Position numbers and translations under genes: made by a program. DNA of 64,000 nt from Octopus vulgaris (taxonomy: Eukaryota). Location: positions 64,294,001 through 64,358,000 of the forward strand of contig OX597823.1 in assembly GCA_951406725.2 (NCBI GenBank). The letters run 5' to 3'. Shown here piece by piece: positions 1 through 11,944 of this stretch. Numbering within the stretch: position 1 is the first letter of the stretch; each line of letters begins with the position of its first letter. Below the pieces are notes generated by a model. That model was given only the letters and a program-made list of their open reading frames with translations, had not been told where the DNA came from and made no database searches.

Positions 1-2893
1 TTGAGGCAAGTGTGTGACACTTGTGAAGACCTATTGAGGCAGAGGCAAGTGTGTGACACTTGTGGAGACCTGTTGAGGCAAGTGTGTGACCCTTGTGAAG
101 ACCTGTTGAGGCAAGTGAAAATCAAATCAAACCAAATCAAAATAGATGAACATCAATGGAATTTGTATCTTTGTGGTTCCAGTACCGGTGGCACACAAGA
201 AAACCATCCGAACGTGGCCGTAGCCAGTACCGCATCGACTGGCCTCCGTGCTGTGGGCACAACAAACACCATCTGATCGTGGCCGTTCGCCAGCCTCATC
301 TGGCACCTGTGTCGGTGGCACATAAAAACACCATCCGAAGACCCGGCGACGTAGTCAGTCCACCTGTGCATACCTTCCCTCTTATGACACTTGTGAAGAC
401 CTGTTGAGGCAAGTGTGTGACACTTGTGAAGACCTGTTGAGGCAGAGGCAAGTGTGTGACACTTTGTGAAGACCTGTTGAGGCAGAGGCAAGTGTGTGAC
501 ACTTGTGGAGACCTGTTGAAGCAAGTGTGTGACACGTGTGACACTTGTGAAGACCTGTTGAGGCAAGTGAAAATCAAATCAAACAACTGTGAAGACCTGT
601 TGAGGCAAGTGAAAATCAAACCAAATCAAAATAGATGAACATCAATGGAATTGTATCTTTGTGGTTCCAGTACCGGTGGCACACAAGAAAACCATCCGAT
701 CGTGGCGTTCGCCAGCCTCATCTGGCACCTGTGTCGGTGTAAGACACCATCCGAAGACCCGCGACGTAGTCAGTCCACCTGTGCATACCTTCCCTCTTAT
801 GACACTTGTGAAGACCTGTTGAGGCAAGTGTGTGACACTTGTGAAGACCTGTTGAGGCAGAGGCAAGTGTGTGACACTTGTGGAGACCTGTTGAGGCAAG
901 TGTGTGACCCTTGTGAAGACCTGTTGAGGCAAGTGAAAATCAAATCAAACCAAATCAAAATAGATGAACATCAATGGAATTTGTATCTTTGTGGTTCCAG
1001 TACCGGTGGCACACAAGAAAACCATCCGAACGTGGCCGTAGCCAGTACCGCATCGACTGGCCTCCGTGCTGTGGGCACAACAAACACCATCTGATCGTGG
1101 CCGTTCGCCAGCCTCATCTGGCACCTGTGTCGGTGGCACATAAAAACACCATCCGAAGACCCGGCGACGTAGTCAGTCCACCTGTGCATACCTTCCCTCT
1201 TATGACACTTGTGAAGACCTGTTGAGGCAAGTGTGTGACACTTGTGAAGACCTGTTGAGGCAGAGGCAAGTGTGTGACACTTTGTGAAGACCTGTTGAGG
1301 CAGAGGCAAGTGTGTGACACTTGTGGAGACCTGTTGAGGCAAGTGTGTGACTTGTTGAGGCAAGTGAAAATCAAACCAAACTTGTGAAGACCTGTTGAGG
1401 CAAGTGAAAATCAAACCAAATCAAAATAGATGAACATCAATGGAATTTGTATCTTTGTGGTTCCAGTACCGGTGGCACACAAGAAAACCATCCGATCGTG
1501 GCCGTTCGCCAGCCTCATCTGGCACCTGTGTCGGTGGCACATAAAAACACCATCCGAAGACCCGGCGACGTAGTCAGTCCACCTGTGCATACCTTCCTAC
1601 TTATGACACTTGTGAAGACCTGTTGAGGCAAGTGTGTGACACTTGTGTAGACCTGTTGAGGCAAGTGAAAATCAAAATCAAATCAAATCAAATCAAACCA
1701 AATCAAAATAGATGAACATCAATGGAATTTGTATCTTTGTGGTACCAGTACCGGTGGCACACAAGAAAACCATCCGAACGTGGCCGTAGCCAGTACCGCA
1801 TCGACTGGCCTCTGTGATGTGGGCACATAACAAACACCATCCGATCGTGGCCGTCCGCCAGCCTCATCTGGCACCTGTGTCGGTGGCACATAAAAACACC
1901 AACCGAAGACCCGGCAAGACTAGTCAGGCCATAACCCATGGCCCCTACTTGGGACGTAGTCAGTCCACCTGTGCATACCTTCCTTCCTTCTTGTGACACT
2001 TGTGAAGACCTGTGAAGACCTGTTGAGGCAAGTGAAAATCAAATCAAATCAAATCAAAATAGATGAACATCAATGGAATTTGTATCTTGTGGTACCAGTG
2101 CCGGTGGCACACAAGAAAACCATCCGAACGTGGCCGTAGCCAGTACCGCATCGACTGGCCTCCGTGCTGTGGGCACGCAACAAACACCATCCGATCGTGG
2201 CCGTTCGCCAGCCTCATCTGGCACCTGTGTCGGTGGCACATAAAAACACCATCCGAAGACCCGGCAAGACTAGTCAGGCCATAACCCGTGGCCCCTACCT
2301 GGGACGTAGTCAGTCCACCTGTGCATACCTTCCTTCTTGTGACACTTGTGAAGACCTGTTGAGGCAAGTGAAAATCAAATCAAATCAAATCAAAACAAAT
2401 CAAAATAGATGAACATCAATGGAATTTGTATCTTTGTGGTACCAGTGCCGGTGGCACACAAGAAAATCATCCGAACGTGGCCGTAGCCAGTACCGCATAG
2501 ACTGGCCTCCGTGCTTTGGGGACGTAACAAACACCATCCGATCGTGGCCGTCCGCCAGCCTCATCTGGCACCTGTGTCGGTGGCACATAAAAACACCATC
2601 CGAGCGTGGCCGTCTGCCAGCCTCATCTGGCACCTGTGTCGGTGGCACATAAAAACACCATCCGAGCGTGGCCGTTCGCCAGCCTCGTCTGGCACCTGTG
2701 TCGGTGGCACATAAAATCACCCACTACACTCTCGGAGTGGTTGGCGTTAGGAAGGGCATCCAGCTGTAGAAACACTGCCAGATCTGACTGGCCTGGTGCA
2801 GCCTTCGGGCTCCCAGACCCCAGTTGAACCGTCCAACCCATGCTAGCATGGAAAACGGACGCTAAATGATGATGATGATGATGATGATGATGC
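1..2893 (+). repeat. Tandem array of about 7 SINE-derived monomers (about 280-490 bp) ending in one SINE 3' tail plus (ATG)n
   Basis: Marker ATAGATGAACATCAATGG recurs at about 142, 631, 960, 1426, 1708, 2059 and 2405. There is an 818-bp higher-order period (ORFs 156..407 and 974..1225 are identical) and nested ~33-39 bp subrepeats (TGTGAAGACCTGTTGAGGCAAGTGTGTGACACT). The array ends ...GGAAGGGCATCCAGCTGTAGAA...CCCATGCTAGCATGGAAAACGGACGCTAAATGATGATG. A related single copy lies at about 50455-51093. Confidence 0.9.
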
Positions 2894-3329
2894 ATGAGAA
2901 AACATACATAAAACAAAGCATGCAAATCTGTGTGCATACATACATTCATACAAAAACACTCTGTTGCTGATATTGAAATTCCAATGAAGTAGCATTGGAT
3001 CTAAGTTAGAAACCAGCTCTTTCTCTATTGGCAAGAAATTTTGAAATAAAACTGAATAATGACATGCATACATGCATGTTTGCATGCATACATAAATACA
3101 TACATATGTATATATATTGTTTGTTTTTATGTTCAGTTATAAGGGAAATAATTTTACTTAAATCTGATGTTACTCTAGACTTTTGTTGAATACAAATTTA
3201 TTTTTCTTAAACAAAAATGTTGACAGTGAGTTCGAGTATCAGCCAGCTAAGCCATCATTGGATGATAGCTTAGCTGGCAGAAACATTGAAGTCATTGTCA
3301 ACAACATTACTTAAGAATAGTATAATATA

Positions 3330-3375
<46 letters not shown>

Positions 3376-3541
3376 TATTTATCGCCAAACTAATATGGCA
3401 GTCCATAAATATATGACTACAGCTGTCGTTGATTAGCTCCAAGTGGCCATCGCCTCTAGCTAGCTATATGACACACGAACCTGCGTCCATTACAACCTTC
3501 GAACAGGGGAGGTCAGCCGCTTCACCTTGCTGGTCAGACAT

Positions 3542-3582
3542 CTGCAGACATATTTCAGGGTTGTTGCCCTTAATCAATGCAG
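3542..3582 (-). ncRNA. Antisense-arm copy of the 3821 hammerhead, mutated
   Basis: Reverse complement reads CTGCA-TTGATTA-AGGG(CAACAA)CCCT-GAAA-TATG-TC|TGCAG. It has a U3/U8 mismatch and a broken stem III palindrome. Confidence 0.55.
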
Positions 3583-3820
3583 CGTAGTCAGACCCAGCAG
3601 GTGTTGCTACCGACTGTCTGTTCGAAGATTTTATTTACTGCCATATTAGTTTGGCGATAAATATTAATATCCAGTAATGCTGCCGTAAACTCCTTTTAAG
3701 AGAGACTTAGTAATTTTAATATTTCTATTATTGAAAACAAGTGGATGTATTCCACTGTAACGAGGTAAATAAAATCTTCGAACAGACGGTCGGTAGCAAC
3801 ACCTGCTGGGTCTGACTACG

Positions 3821-3861
3821 CTGCATTGATAAAGGGCAACAACCCTGAAACATGTCTGCAG
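3821..3861 (+). ncRNA. Minimal type I hammerhead ribozyme, U3-A8 core variant
   Basis: CTGCA-TTGATAA-AGGG(CAACAA)CCCT-GAAA-CATG-TC|TGCAG: 5-bp stem I, 4-bp stem II, palindromic stem III (CATG), GUC cleavage triplet. Confidence 0.75.
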
Positions 3862-4087
3862 ATGTCTGACCAGCAAGGTGAAGCGGCTGACCTCCCCTGT
3901 TCGAAGGTTGTAATGGACGCATGTTCATGTGTCATATAGTTAGCTAGAGGCGATGGCCTCTTGGAGCTAATCAGCAACAGCTTTAGTCTTATATTTATGG
4001 ACTGCCATATTAGTTTGGCGATTAATATTAATATCCAGTAACGCTGCTGTAATCTCCTTTAGAGAGACTTAGTAATTTTAATATTTC

Positions 4088-4127
<40 letters not shown>

Positions 4128-4264
4128 GAAATATTAAAATTACTAAGTCTCTATTACGCATTACTGGATATTAATATTAATATCCAGTAACGCTGCCGTA
4201 ATCTCCTTTAGAGAGACTTAGTAATTTTAATATTTCTATTATATTATATATATATATATATATA

Positions 4265-4646
4265 TACTCTTTTAATCTTATACATGTTTCAGTCATTTTG
4301 ACTGTGGCCATGCTGGAGCACCGCCTTTAGTCGAGCAAATCAACCCCAGGACTTTGTAGGCCTATTCTATTGGTCTCTTTTGCTGAACCGCTAGATTATG
4401 GGGACGTAAACACACCAGCATCAGTTGTCAAGCGATGTAGGGGGGACAAACACAGACACACAAACACACTCACACATATATATATATACATATATACGAT
4501 GGGCTTCTTTCAGTTTCAATCTACCAAATCCACTCACAAGGCTTTGGTTGGCCTGAGGCTATAGTAGAAGACACTTGCCCAAGGTGTCACGCAGTGGGAC
4601 TGAACTTTACTACACAGCTACTTACCACACAGCCACTCCTGCACCT
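4265..4646 (-). mobile_element. tRNA-derived SINE, family A
   Basis: Reverse complement of the head AGGTGCAGGAGTGGCTGTGTGG (A box) and GTTCAGTCCC (B box), an internal microsatellite, and the GACTGAAAC tail shared with many copies in the window. Confidence 0.9.
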
Positions 4647-4659
4647 ATATGAATATAAT

Positions 4660-5700
4660 ATATAATAATATATGAATATTTTTCAAAAACTTAGGGAATA
4701 ATAAGTATTCCAGGTTATCAGGACATATACTATTTTACACTTTACTAATGCAATGTAAACAGTATCATTTATAAAATTATTACAAATTTTGGATTTTACC
4801 AATAGAACTGCAACTCCTATTTCAGGACAACATTCTTGTCTGGAATACATATAGAAAGTTATATCCTATATAATAATAAAATAATATAAACATTTTAAAA
4901 CCTACTTCAAAGTACAATAAAATTGTTTAAAAAACTTATTTATAAAATATGTGAAAAAAAAAATATATGTTATTAGTCTGAGGGGAAAGAAGATATTTTT
5001 AATCAACACTACATGTGTTTCTACACTGGTGGTGTGTTTTTATAGGCTATACCTATTGCATAAATCCACCAGTGTGTCCTCAGGCTATTATCTTATTGTT
5101 ATTATTATTAACAGATCAAAGTTAAAACTACATATTCTAATACAGATTAAGTAGAAAAATAAGAATATAAATAATATATAATAAAAATATATAACATACA
5201 AATATATTTTTAAAAATTTAAAAAGTTTTTAAATAAACATATATATAAAGATTATTAAAATTAAACACCTAAAAATACAATATTGATATATCTAGAAAAT
5301 GCCAAACATAAAGAAACCCTTAACGGCTATATTATAAACACATCAAAATTCCACTACCTATCTATATAAACATTACGGGAATTAATAATTTAGTATGAGA
5401 TTTACCCCTATCTATAGAACTATAAATTACCATTTTTATGTCAAACGTAAGTTAATGGTAATTATAAATAAAAACTTCTATATACATTATAAATTTATTG
5501 AATAAAAGTACTAAATGAATCTAGTAGACCAAATTAACAAAGGAAGAATACTTATCAACATAATATTTACTCTAATTCCTGTGCAAAGGAACGAGATGGT
5601 AGATATATTTTTTGATAACATAGTAGGTTAGATAGGATGATGTCTATATTACAATATTACAATAACCAATAATATGTTGTGCTTGTATAGTAATATTACG
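4660..5700 (+). mobile_element. Possible heavily decayed Penelope-like fragment
   Basis: Very AT-rich. About 5108-5142 reads NRSKLKL.YSNT, similar to FNKHKV.LAYSNS in the clearer fragment near 12070. The evidence is weak. Confidence 0.3.
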
Positions 5701-6359
5701 ATCATGAAATTAGGATTATCTTATCTTGCTCTTTTTCACAGAGCCCCTAGGAACCTTTTGCGGAAGCCTAGGGCTCCGGGGAACCCTAGCTGAGAAATGC
5801 TGGTCTAGGGTATACCATTCCAGAGCAAAACATTGGCATGATCAGAGCAATGAAATCTTTTTTAAAATAGCTTCATTTGTTCTGTGAGAACTGACCCAGG
5901 GTTGAACAGCAACAATAACTAGTCAACTGTACATTGAAAAGAAATCATTTATTTTAGCAGAATGCAGAGTTAAACTTCATAAATGTCTAAATATTTTCTT
6001 AGAAAATCTATTTTGGAAATCATCATTATATGGTTGTCTTATGATACATTTCTTCAAATTTCAATCATCTGACAGGAATTTTGATAACTTCTCTGAATTA
6101 CCATGCTATTATTCACGAGTTTAATCACAGTGACAAGAACCTAGTATTTATAGAATCAATAAACAAACTTTCAGAATCAGCCTAAAGCAAACATATGTCA
6201 AAAAGTGAATCTGTGTTAACCCATTCGGTCAGAGTTATTTTCATTGAGCAGAGTTGTCTGTGAGGTTCAGCAGGCCTCCTCTTGACCATGTAGTTACAGT
6301 TTCAGTGCCACTGTTTGGCACATTGGTCAAGTGTATTGTAGGCCATAGCCTTGAGTTGA

Positions 6360-6531
6360 CCACCACCACCACCACCTCCTCCTCCTCCTCCTGTTCTTCC
6401 TCCTCTTCCTGTTCTTCCTCCTCCTCCTGTTCTTCTTCCTCCTCCTCCCCTCCTCCTGTTCTTCCTCCCCCTCCTCCCCCTCCTCATGTTCTTCTTCTTC
6501 CTCCTCCTCCTCCTTCTCCTCCTTCCCACCG

Positions 6532-6563
<32 letters not shown>

Positions 6564-6912
6564 TACTTTTCCATACTCGCTAGGGGTCACATGGAATTTG
6601 TTAAGACATATTCTACAGCTGGATGCCCTGCCTGTTGCTAACACTCACCTGTTTCCTAGCAAGGTAATATTTGCCCCATGGCCAGATATGGCTGGAAAAG
6701 GAGGGGGAGGGGGAGGAGGAGATGGAGGAGGGGAGAAGAAGGAAGAGGGGAAGGGTGGTGATAGTAGAGGTGGATGAGGAGGTAGTGGTGTGTATCTGTG
6801 TAAATATGTATATATAGTTGTAAATATGCATCATTATCATCATTATACATCACTGTGTGATGATGATGATGACGATGACGATGATGATGGTGATAACGAT
6901 GATGATGACGAT
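6360..6912. repeat. (CCA)n/(CCT)n/(CAT)n and (GGA)n/(GAT)n low-complexity tracts around a short minus-strand SINE-tail fragment
   Basis: Tracts seen directly. TTCTACAGCTGGATGCCCT at about 6611-6629 is the reverse complement of the family C tail motif. Confidence 0.85.
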
Positions 6913-7018
6913 GGCTTATTTACAATTATAGCACATAATCAAAACAAGATGTTAATACACACACACACACACACACATCCATACATATTCATACAGATAC
7001 ACACGCACACACACACGC

Positions 7019-7063
<45 letters not shown>

Positions 7064-8362
7064 TCATGTAAACGACAGGCTTCATTCAGTTTCTACCTTT
7101 TCAAATCCCCTCACAAAGTTTTGGTTGGCTCAGAGCAATAATAGGAAACACTTGTTGTCCTAACAGACAAAGGAACTGTGTATATAGTGATTAAATAACT
7201 CTCTTAGATAAATGAAGATTTTACTTCTTACGTTCATGTTTATTCTAACATATATATAGCTTCTGGTATTTATATAAACATCTCAACTTCATTACCAAGA
7301 GAAGTTATTCTTCATTATCTTTCTAAGGCAATTATTATTTGTTGGTGATATGTAGAAATATTGTTTAGTTGTTTTGTGCTTATCTGGTGAATTTATATAG
7401 TCACAACTTGTCTTGGCAGCAACTGTTATATATTCTGTAGCTAAATGTGTTACAAGATGAATTACCACTAAGTTTGCACTACATTGGTTCGTGTAGGTCT
7501 GTCTTCTGTGTGTGTGTGTGTGAATTTGCATATTGTCTCTGTGTATTTATAAATATAAAAATAAAATAAGTTATGAACCATACAAACCTCTAAAAGCTAA
7601 ATGAAATTTATAATTTTCTTACTTGATATTTTGATCCTAAATGATCCTGCTCAGGAAGAAACAGCAATTCAATCAGAGCTGAAATATGATGTGAGTTCAC
7701 CTGGTCAGTTTGAGCTACATGTGGCACAGTAGTATTCTTTACTAACATTTTGATCTGGCTGCTTTTCCAAGTTCATTTATGATTTGTTATGTTATTAGTT
7801 GTGACTTGTGATGTGTATATATATTTTTTCAAAGCAGTCCAGTAAAGATGTGTGTTGAATTTTGATTTATTCTGTGAAAATATAGTTCATGCATTGTAAA
7901 TTTAAATTGAAGCAAAAGGTTTGGATCAATCTAAGGGTATGGAACCATTTGTGCAAGATGCCATGATATGGGATTGCACATGTGACCTTATGGTAGTGAA
8001 GAAAATTTCTTAACCTCTCAGCTATGTCTGTATTGATGTACATAAATACACACACTCATACATACACATGTATGTGTATGCATATGTATACGTGTATATA
8101 TTTATATATGTGCATGTATGTGTATAAATATCTATGTGTGTTTATATATATATATATATATTCTTTTATTCTTTTACTTGTTTTAACTGCAGCCATGCTA
8201 GAGCACCGCCTTTAGTTGGACAAATCGACCCCATAACTTATTCTTTGTAAGCCTAGTATTTATTCTATCGGTCTCTTCTTACTAAACTGGTAAGTTACAG
8301 GGATGTAAACACACCAGCATCGGTTGTCAAGTGATGGTGATGGGGGCAAATACAGACACACA

Positions 8363-8404
<42 letters not shown>

Positions 8405-9425
8405 ATATAAGTTTATTGCTCATATATTTTTTACACATATTTTTTCTGTATTCTATCTTCCACCCTGTATTTTCCCTGTGTGCATTTAGATGTGTGCAGG
8501 TATGCACGTATATAGACGTGTATGCATGCATAAGGGTATGTGCATATATAGACGTGTTTTATTCTTATTGCTTATTTTTTAAACTTCTTTACACATTTTT
8601 CTAAATTTTGCCTTTAGCCCTGTTTTTTTCTTGTGCATGTGTGTATATAGACGTGTGCATGAACCTTTTTGTGTGTGTGTGTCTGCGGGCGTGTATGCAG
8701 GTATGTATATATTTTTTGGCAAATGTGTGGGTGAGCATATGTATGTTTCAAGTGAGGGTGGATGAGTATATACTTATAGGCACATGTACGTGGGTGTGCG
8801 GGCGCACATGTGTAGGTATGGACATGCGTGCTTATGTGAATACAATGAACATTTTTACTCCCTTACCTTTACTCCCTCTTCTCACTTAGTGGTCATTCTA
8901 ATAGCTCTTTTGTCTTAATAATGGTCAATCATACAATAATTTTGCTTTGTTTAACGGTCATTTTCATAGCAATTTTTCAATGGATGTATAACTAAAGAGA
9001 TGGCGGCATGGGGTTCTGCCCCCAACATCTGAAACTTGGAATTTTATCATGGCTACCGAATAATTGTCACATATATTTACAAATAAATTCCTCCATTCAC
9101 ATTAAATCTAGGTCTCTTTCATTGTTTTGTTGTCTTACCATTTCTATCAATATATACATATGTGTCCAACCCATGCTAGCATGGAAAGTGGACGTTAAAC
9201 GATGATAATGATGATGATAATATATATACGATGGCATATTTCACTTTCCGTCTACCAAATCCACTCATAAAGCTTTGGTCAGCCTGAGGCTATAGTAGAA
9301 GACACTTGCCTCAGGTGCCACATAGTGGGACTGAACCACACATGTACCTATATCACAGGATTCTTTCAGTTTCAATCGGTCAAGGGTAATGTTTATGTAT
9401 CGTGTGTATATACATTCATACATAC

Positions 9426-9458
<33 letters not shown>

Positions 9459-9767
9459 CACATTACCAACAATATACACATTTTTATATATAAGAGTGAG
9501 TGCACAAATGAAATGAAATAGCATTCAACACATTTAGTTGCATATATATACATTCATAAGTGTATGTGTGTATGTGAATATGTATTTATATATGGCATAT
9601 GTCTGTATATGCATATATATGTGTATATATTTATACATATATATGCATATATATATATATATATCTATATATATATACATATATCTATATATACCTATAT
9701 ATACATGTGTGTATAAATATATATATATCTATATATATATATATATATATTCATATACATATATATA

Positions 9768-9802
<35 letters not shown>

Positions 9803-9861
9803 AATGTTCTAATATCTACACAGCCTTGGTTTTTTATCTCATTATGCAAAAAAATTCTTAC

Positions 9862-9897
<36 letters not shown>

Positions 9898-10747
9898 CAC
9901 AATATACATTTTTTATGTATAAGAGTGAGTGAACAAATGAAATAAAATAGCATTCAACATATTTAGTTGAGTATGTCTATATCTATATATATGTGTGTGT
10001 GTGTCTATGATTATGTATGGTATATATGTCTATATACATATATACATACACATATATACATACATATAATAAATATATATATATGTATGTATGTATGTAT
10101 ATATATATATATATATGTCTGTGTCTGTGTGAAAGAGTATCTATCAGTCATTTCAGAGAATGATTAAATGTATTGGTTTTTAACAAACTGAATGATCAGC
10201 TTATTTCTTTGATATACTTTTCATTGTGACATAAAACAGACACCCATCCCTTAACCATCGCTTTACGGGAAAGAAGAATATCTAAAAGACCAAAAAGACC
10301 AAAAAGACCAATCCTCTATATATTTTTAAGAAACATAATTCAGATAGCGGTTAATTCCATTGATGTGCAGTTTTGAAAGGAGTTTGTCTGGAGGTACATC
10401 TTATCTCGTTGCTATTCAAGTTTCTGAGAAGGTCAAAATAATTTCTTGTGACATTGTATATATATGGCTGAGGTTTCTGCCAGATATAAATCCCATTTTA
10501 TGTCTGTTACTTTGATTGCGGCAGAGCAACAGATTAAAGTTTTTCTTTCAAACGTCTAGACATTTCTGTTGATTGTTGCTTCGAGTAGCCAGGTTGGAAT
10601 TTTACGAATCTTTCCTTTTCGTTTGTTTATGCTTTTTCTTTTGTTGTTGTTGTTGTTAACATCAGCATTAATCAAAGTTAATCCTCATACCACCACCACC
10701 ACTGCCACCACTTCCATCACCATTCCTACCTACCACAACCAGCACCA

Positions 10748-11636
10748 ACACTGCATAACCATCAGTCTTCTCATACCTACAGCTATATATTATTTTGTTG
10801 TTTACTCTGTTAAAAATGAATTATTTTTCTCCATAAATATAACATAGTTTTGTAGACAGTTGACGTAAACACTCCTTTAAACATCTGATGTTATTTTTTG
10901 TTTAGCTTTGCTACATGTCAACCCTGATTGAGCTAACCTTTGATCAAATGCTTTCTGACCATGGCCATCATGTCCTTTTTATTTTAGATATTCCTATAAA
11001 TCAACTATATTATTTAACTTTTTCTTAAAAAACTGTAAAGTGTATTGGACGGACAGTTGGCTGCTATTTCTTGTGGGCCAATTGGCCACATGGAAATTTT
11101 TATTAGGTCATGAGTCCACATGGAGGTTTTCTCAGCTGCTGTTTCTTTCTCTTTTTCTCAGAATAATTCTGAATTATTAGGATTCTCTGTACCCCGTGGC
11201 ATCCAAACTTGACTGAATTTATGAACATGAAATAATTTTCACCAACGGATGCTATGACTAAAGTTTTACGATTCTAGTTATTCAATTTGTTGATTTTGTA
11301 ACTTGGTAATGTCAACATATCATGTTAATACTTTCAAGATGGTGTTTTTCAACACCAAATGTCTCAAGAAATGCTCACTGGTGCATTTGGTTGCACTTAA
11401 ACAATTACAGAATCTACTAACTGAATGATCATGGAGTCTCCAAACTTGACCTAACCAGTAATCTTTCATGCCTTTTTTCCTTTCATTTTATCCATTTCAG
11501 TTATCGTGTGATTCAGTGTACTGTTTTTAATTTATGTCCATGCAAATATGTCTGCAGATACAGAGTTATATAGGTGTTTGTATGTAGATGTATGTGCATA
11601 TGCACATGTGTGTATTTAAGTGCATGTATATGTGTG

Positions 11637-11690
<54 letters not shown>

Positions 11691-11820
11691 CAAGCAATGT
11701 TTCCATCAACTGTCTACAAAAGTATGTTATTTCTATGGAGAAAAATAATTTATTTTAACATAGTAAACAACAAAATAATGTATAGCTGTAAGTATGAGGA
11801 GACTGATGGTTATGCAGTGT
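10748..11820. repeat. Long-range inverted repeat pair (about 125-bp arms, about 820-bp spacer)
   Basis: 10748-10872 (ACACTGCATAACCATCAGTC...GACAGTTGACGTAAACA) matches the reverse complement of 11696-11820 with scattered mismatches. Confidence 0.8.
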
Positions 11821-11853
11821 TTGTGGCGGTGTATGCGTGTGTGTATGTATATA

Positions 11854-11928
<75 letters not shown>

Positions 11929-11944
11929 TATAATAATTATATCT

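Larger units (their letters stand above)
3369..4242. mobile_element. Hammerhead-bearing short element, inverted arm plus partial tandem (Penelope pLTR/retrozyme-like), inside (TA)n
   Basis: Arm 3369-3638 is an inverted copy of 3765-4034. ACTGCCATATTAGTTTGGCG... is directly repeated at 3637 and 4001 (364-bp period). A small palindromic remnant lies at 4121-4242, with (TA)n flanks. Confidence 0.8.

Noticed and set aside
1-2720. CRISPR-like regular repeats and Cys/His-rich ORFs
   Set aside because: There are no unique spacers and no cas genes, and the context is eukaryotic. The ORFs are translations of a SINE-derived tandem repeat.
7601-7732. 43-codon ORF with a GTGAGT donor-like site (..AQEETAIQSELKYD)
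   Set aside because: There is no convincing acceptor and no similarity I recognise.
11140-11220. Strong polypyrimidine tract plus CAG acceptor
   Set aside because: All three frames hit stops within about 50 nt, and there is no good donor.
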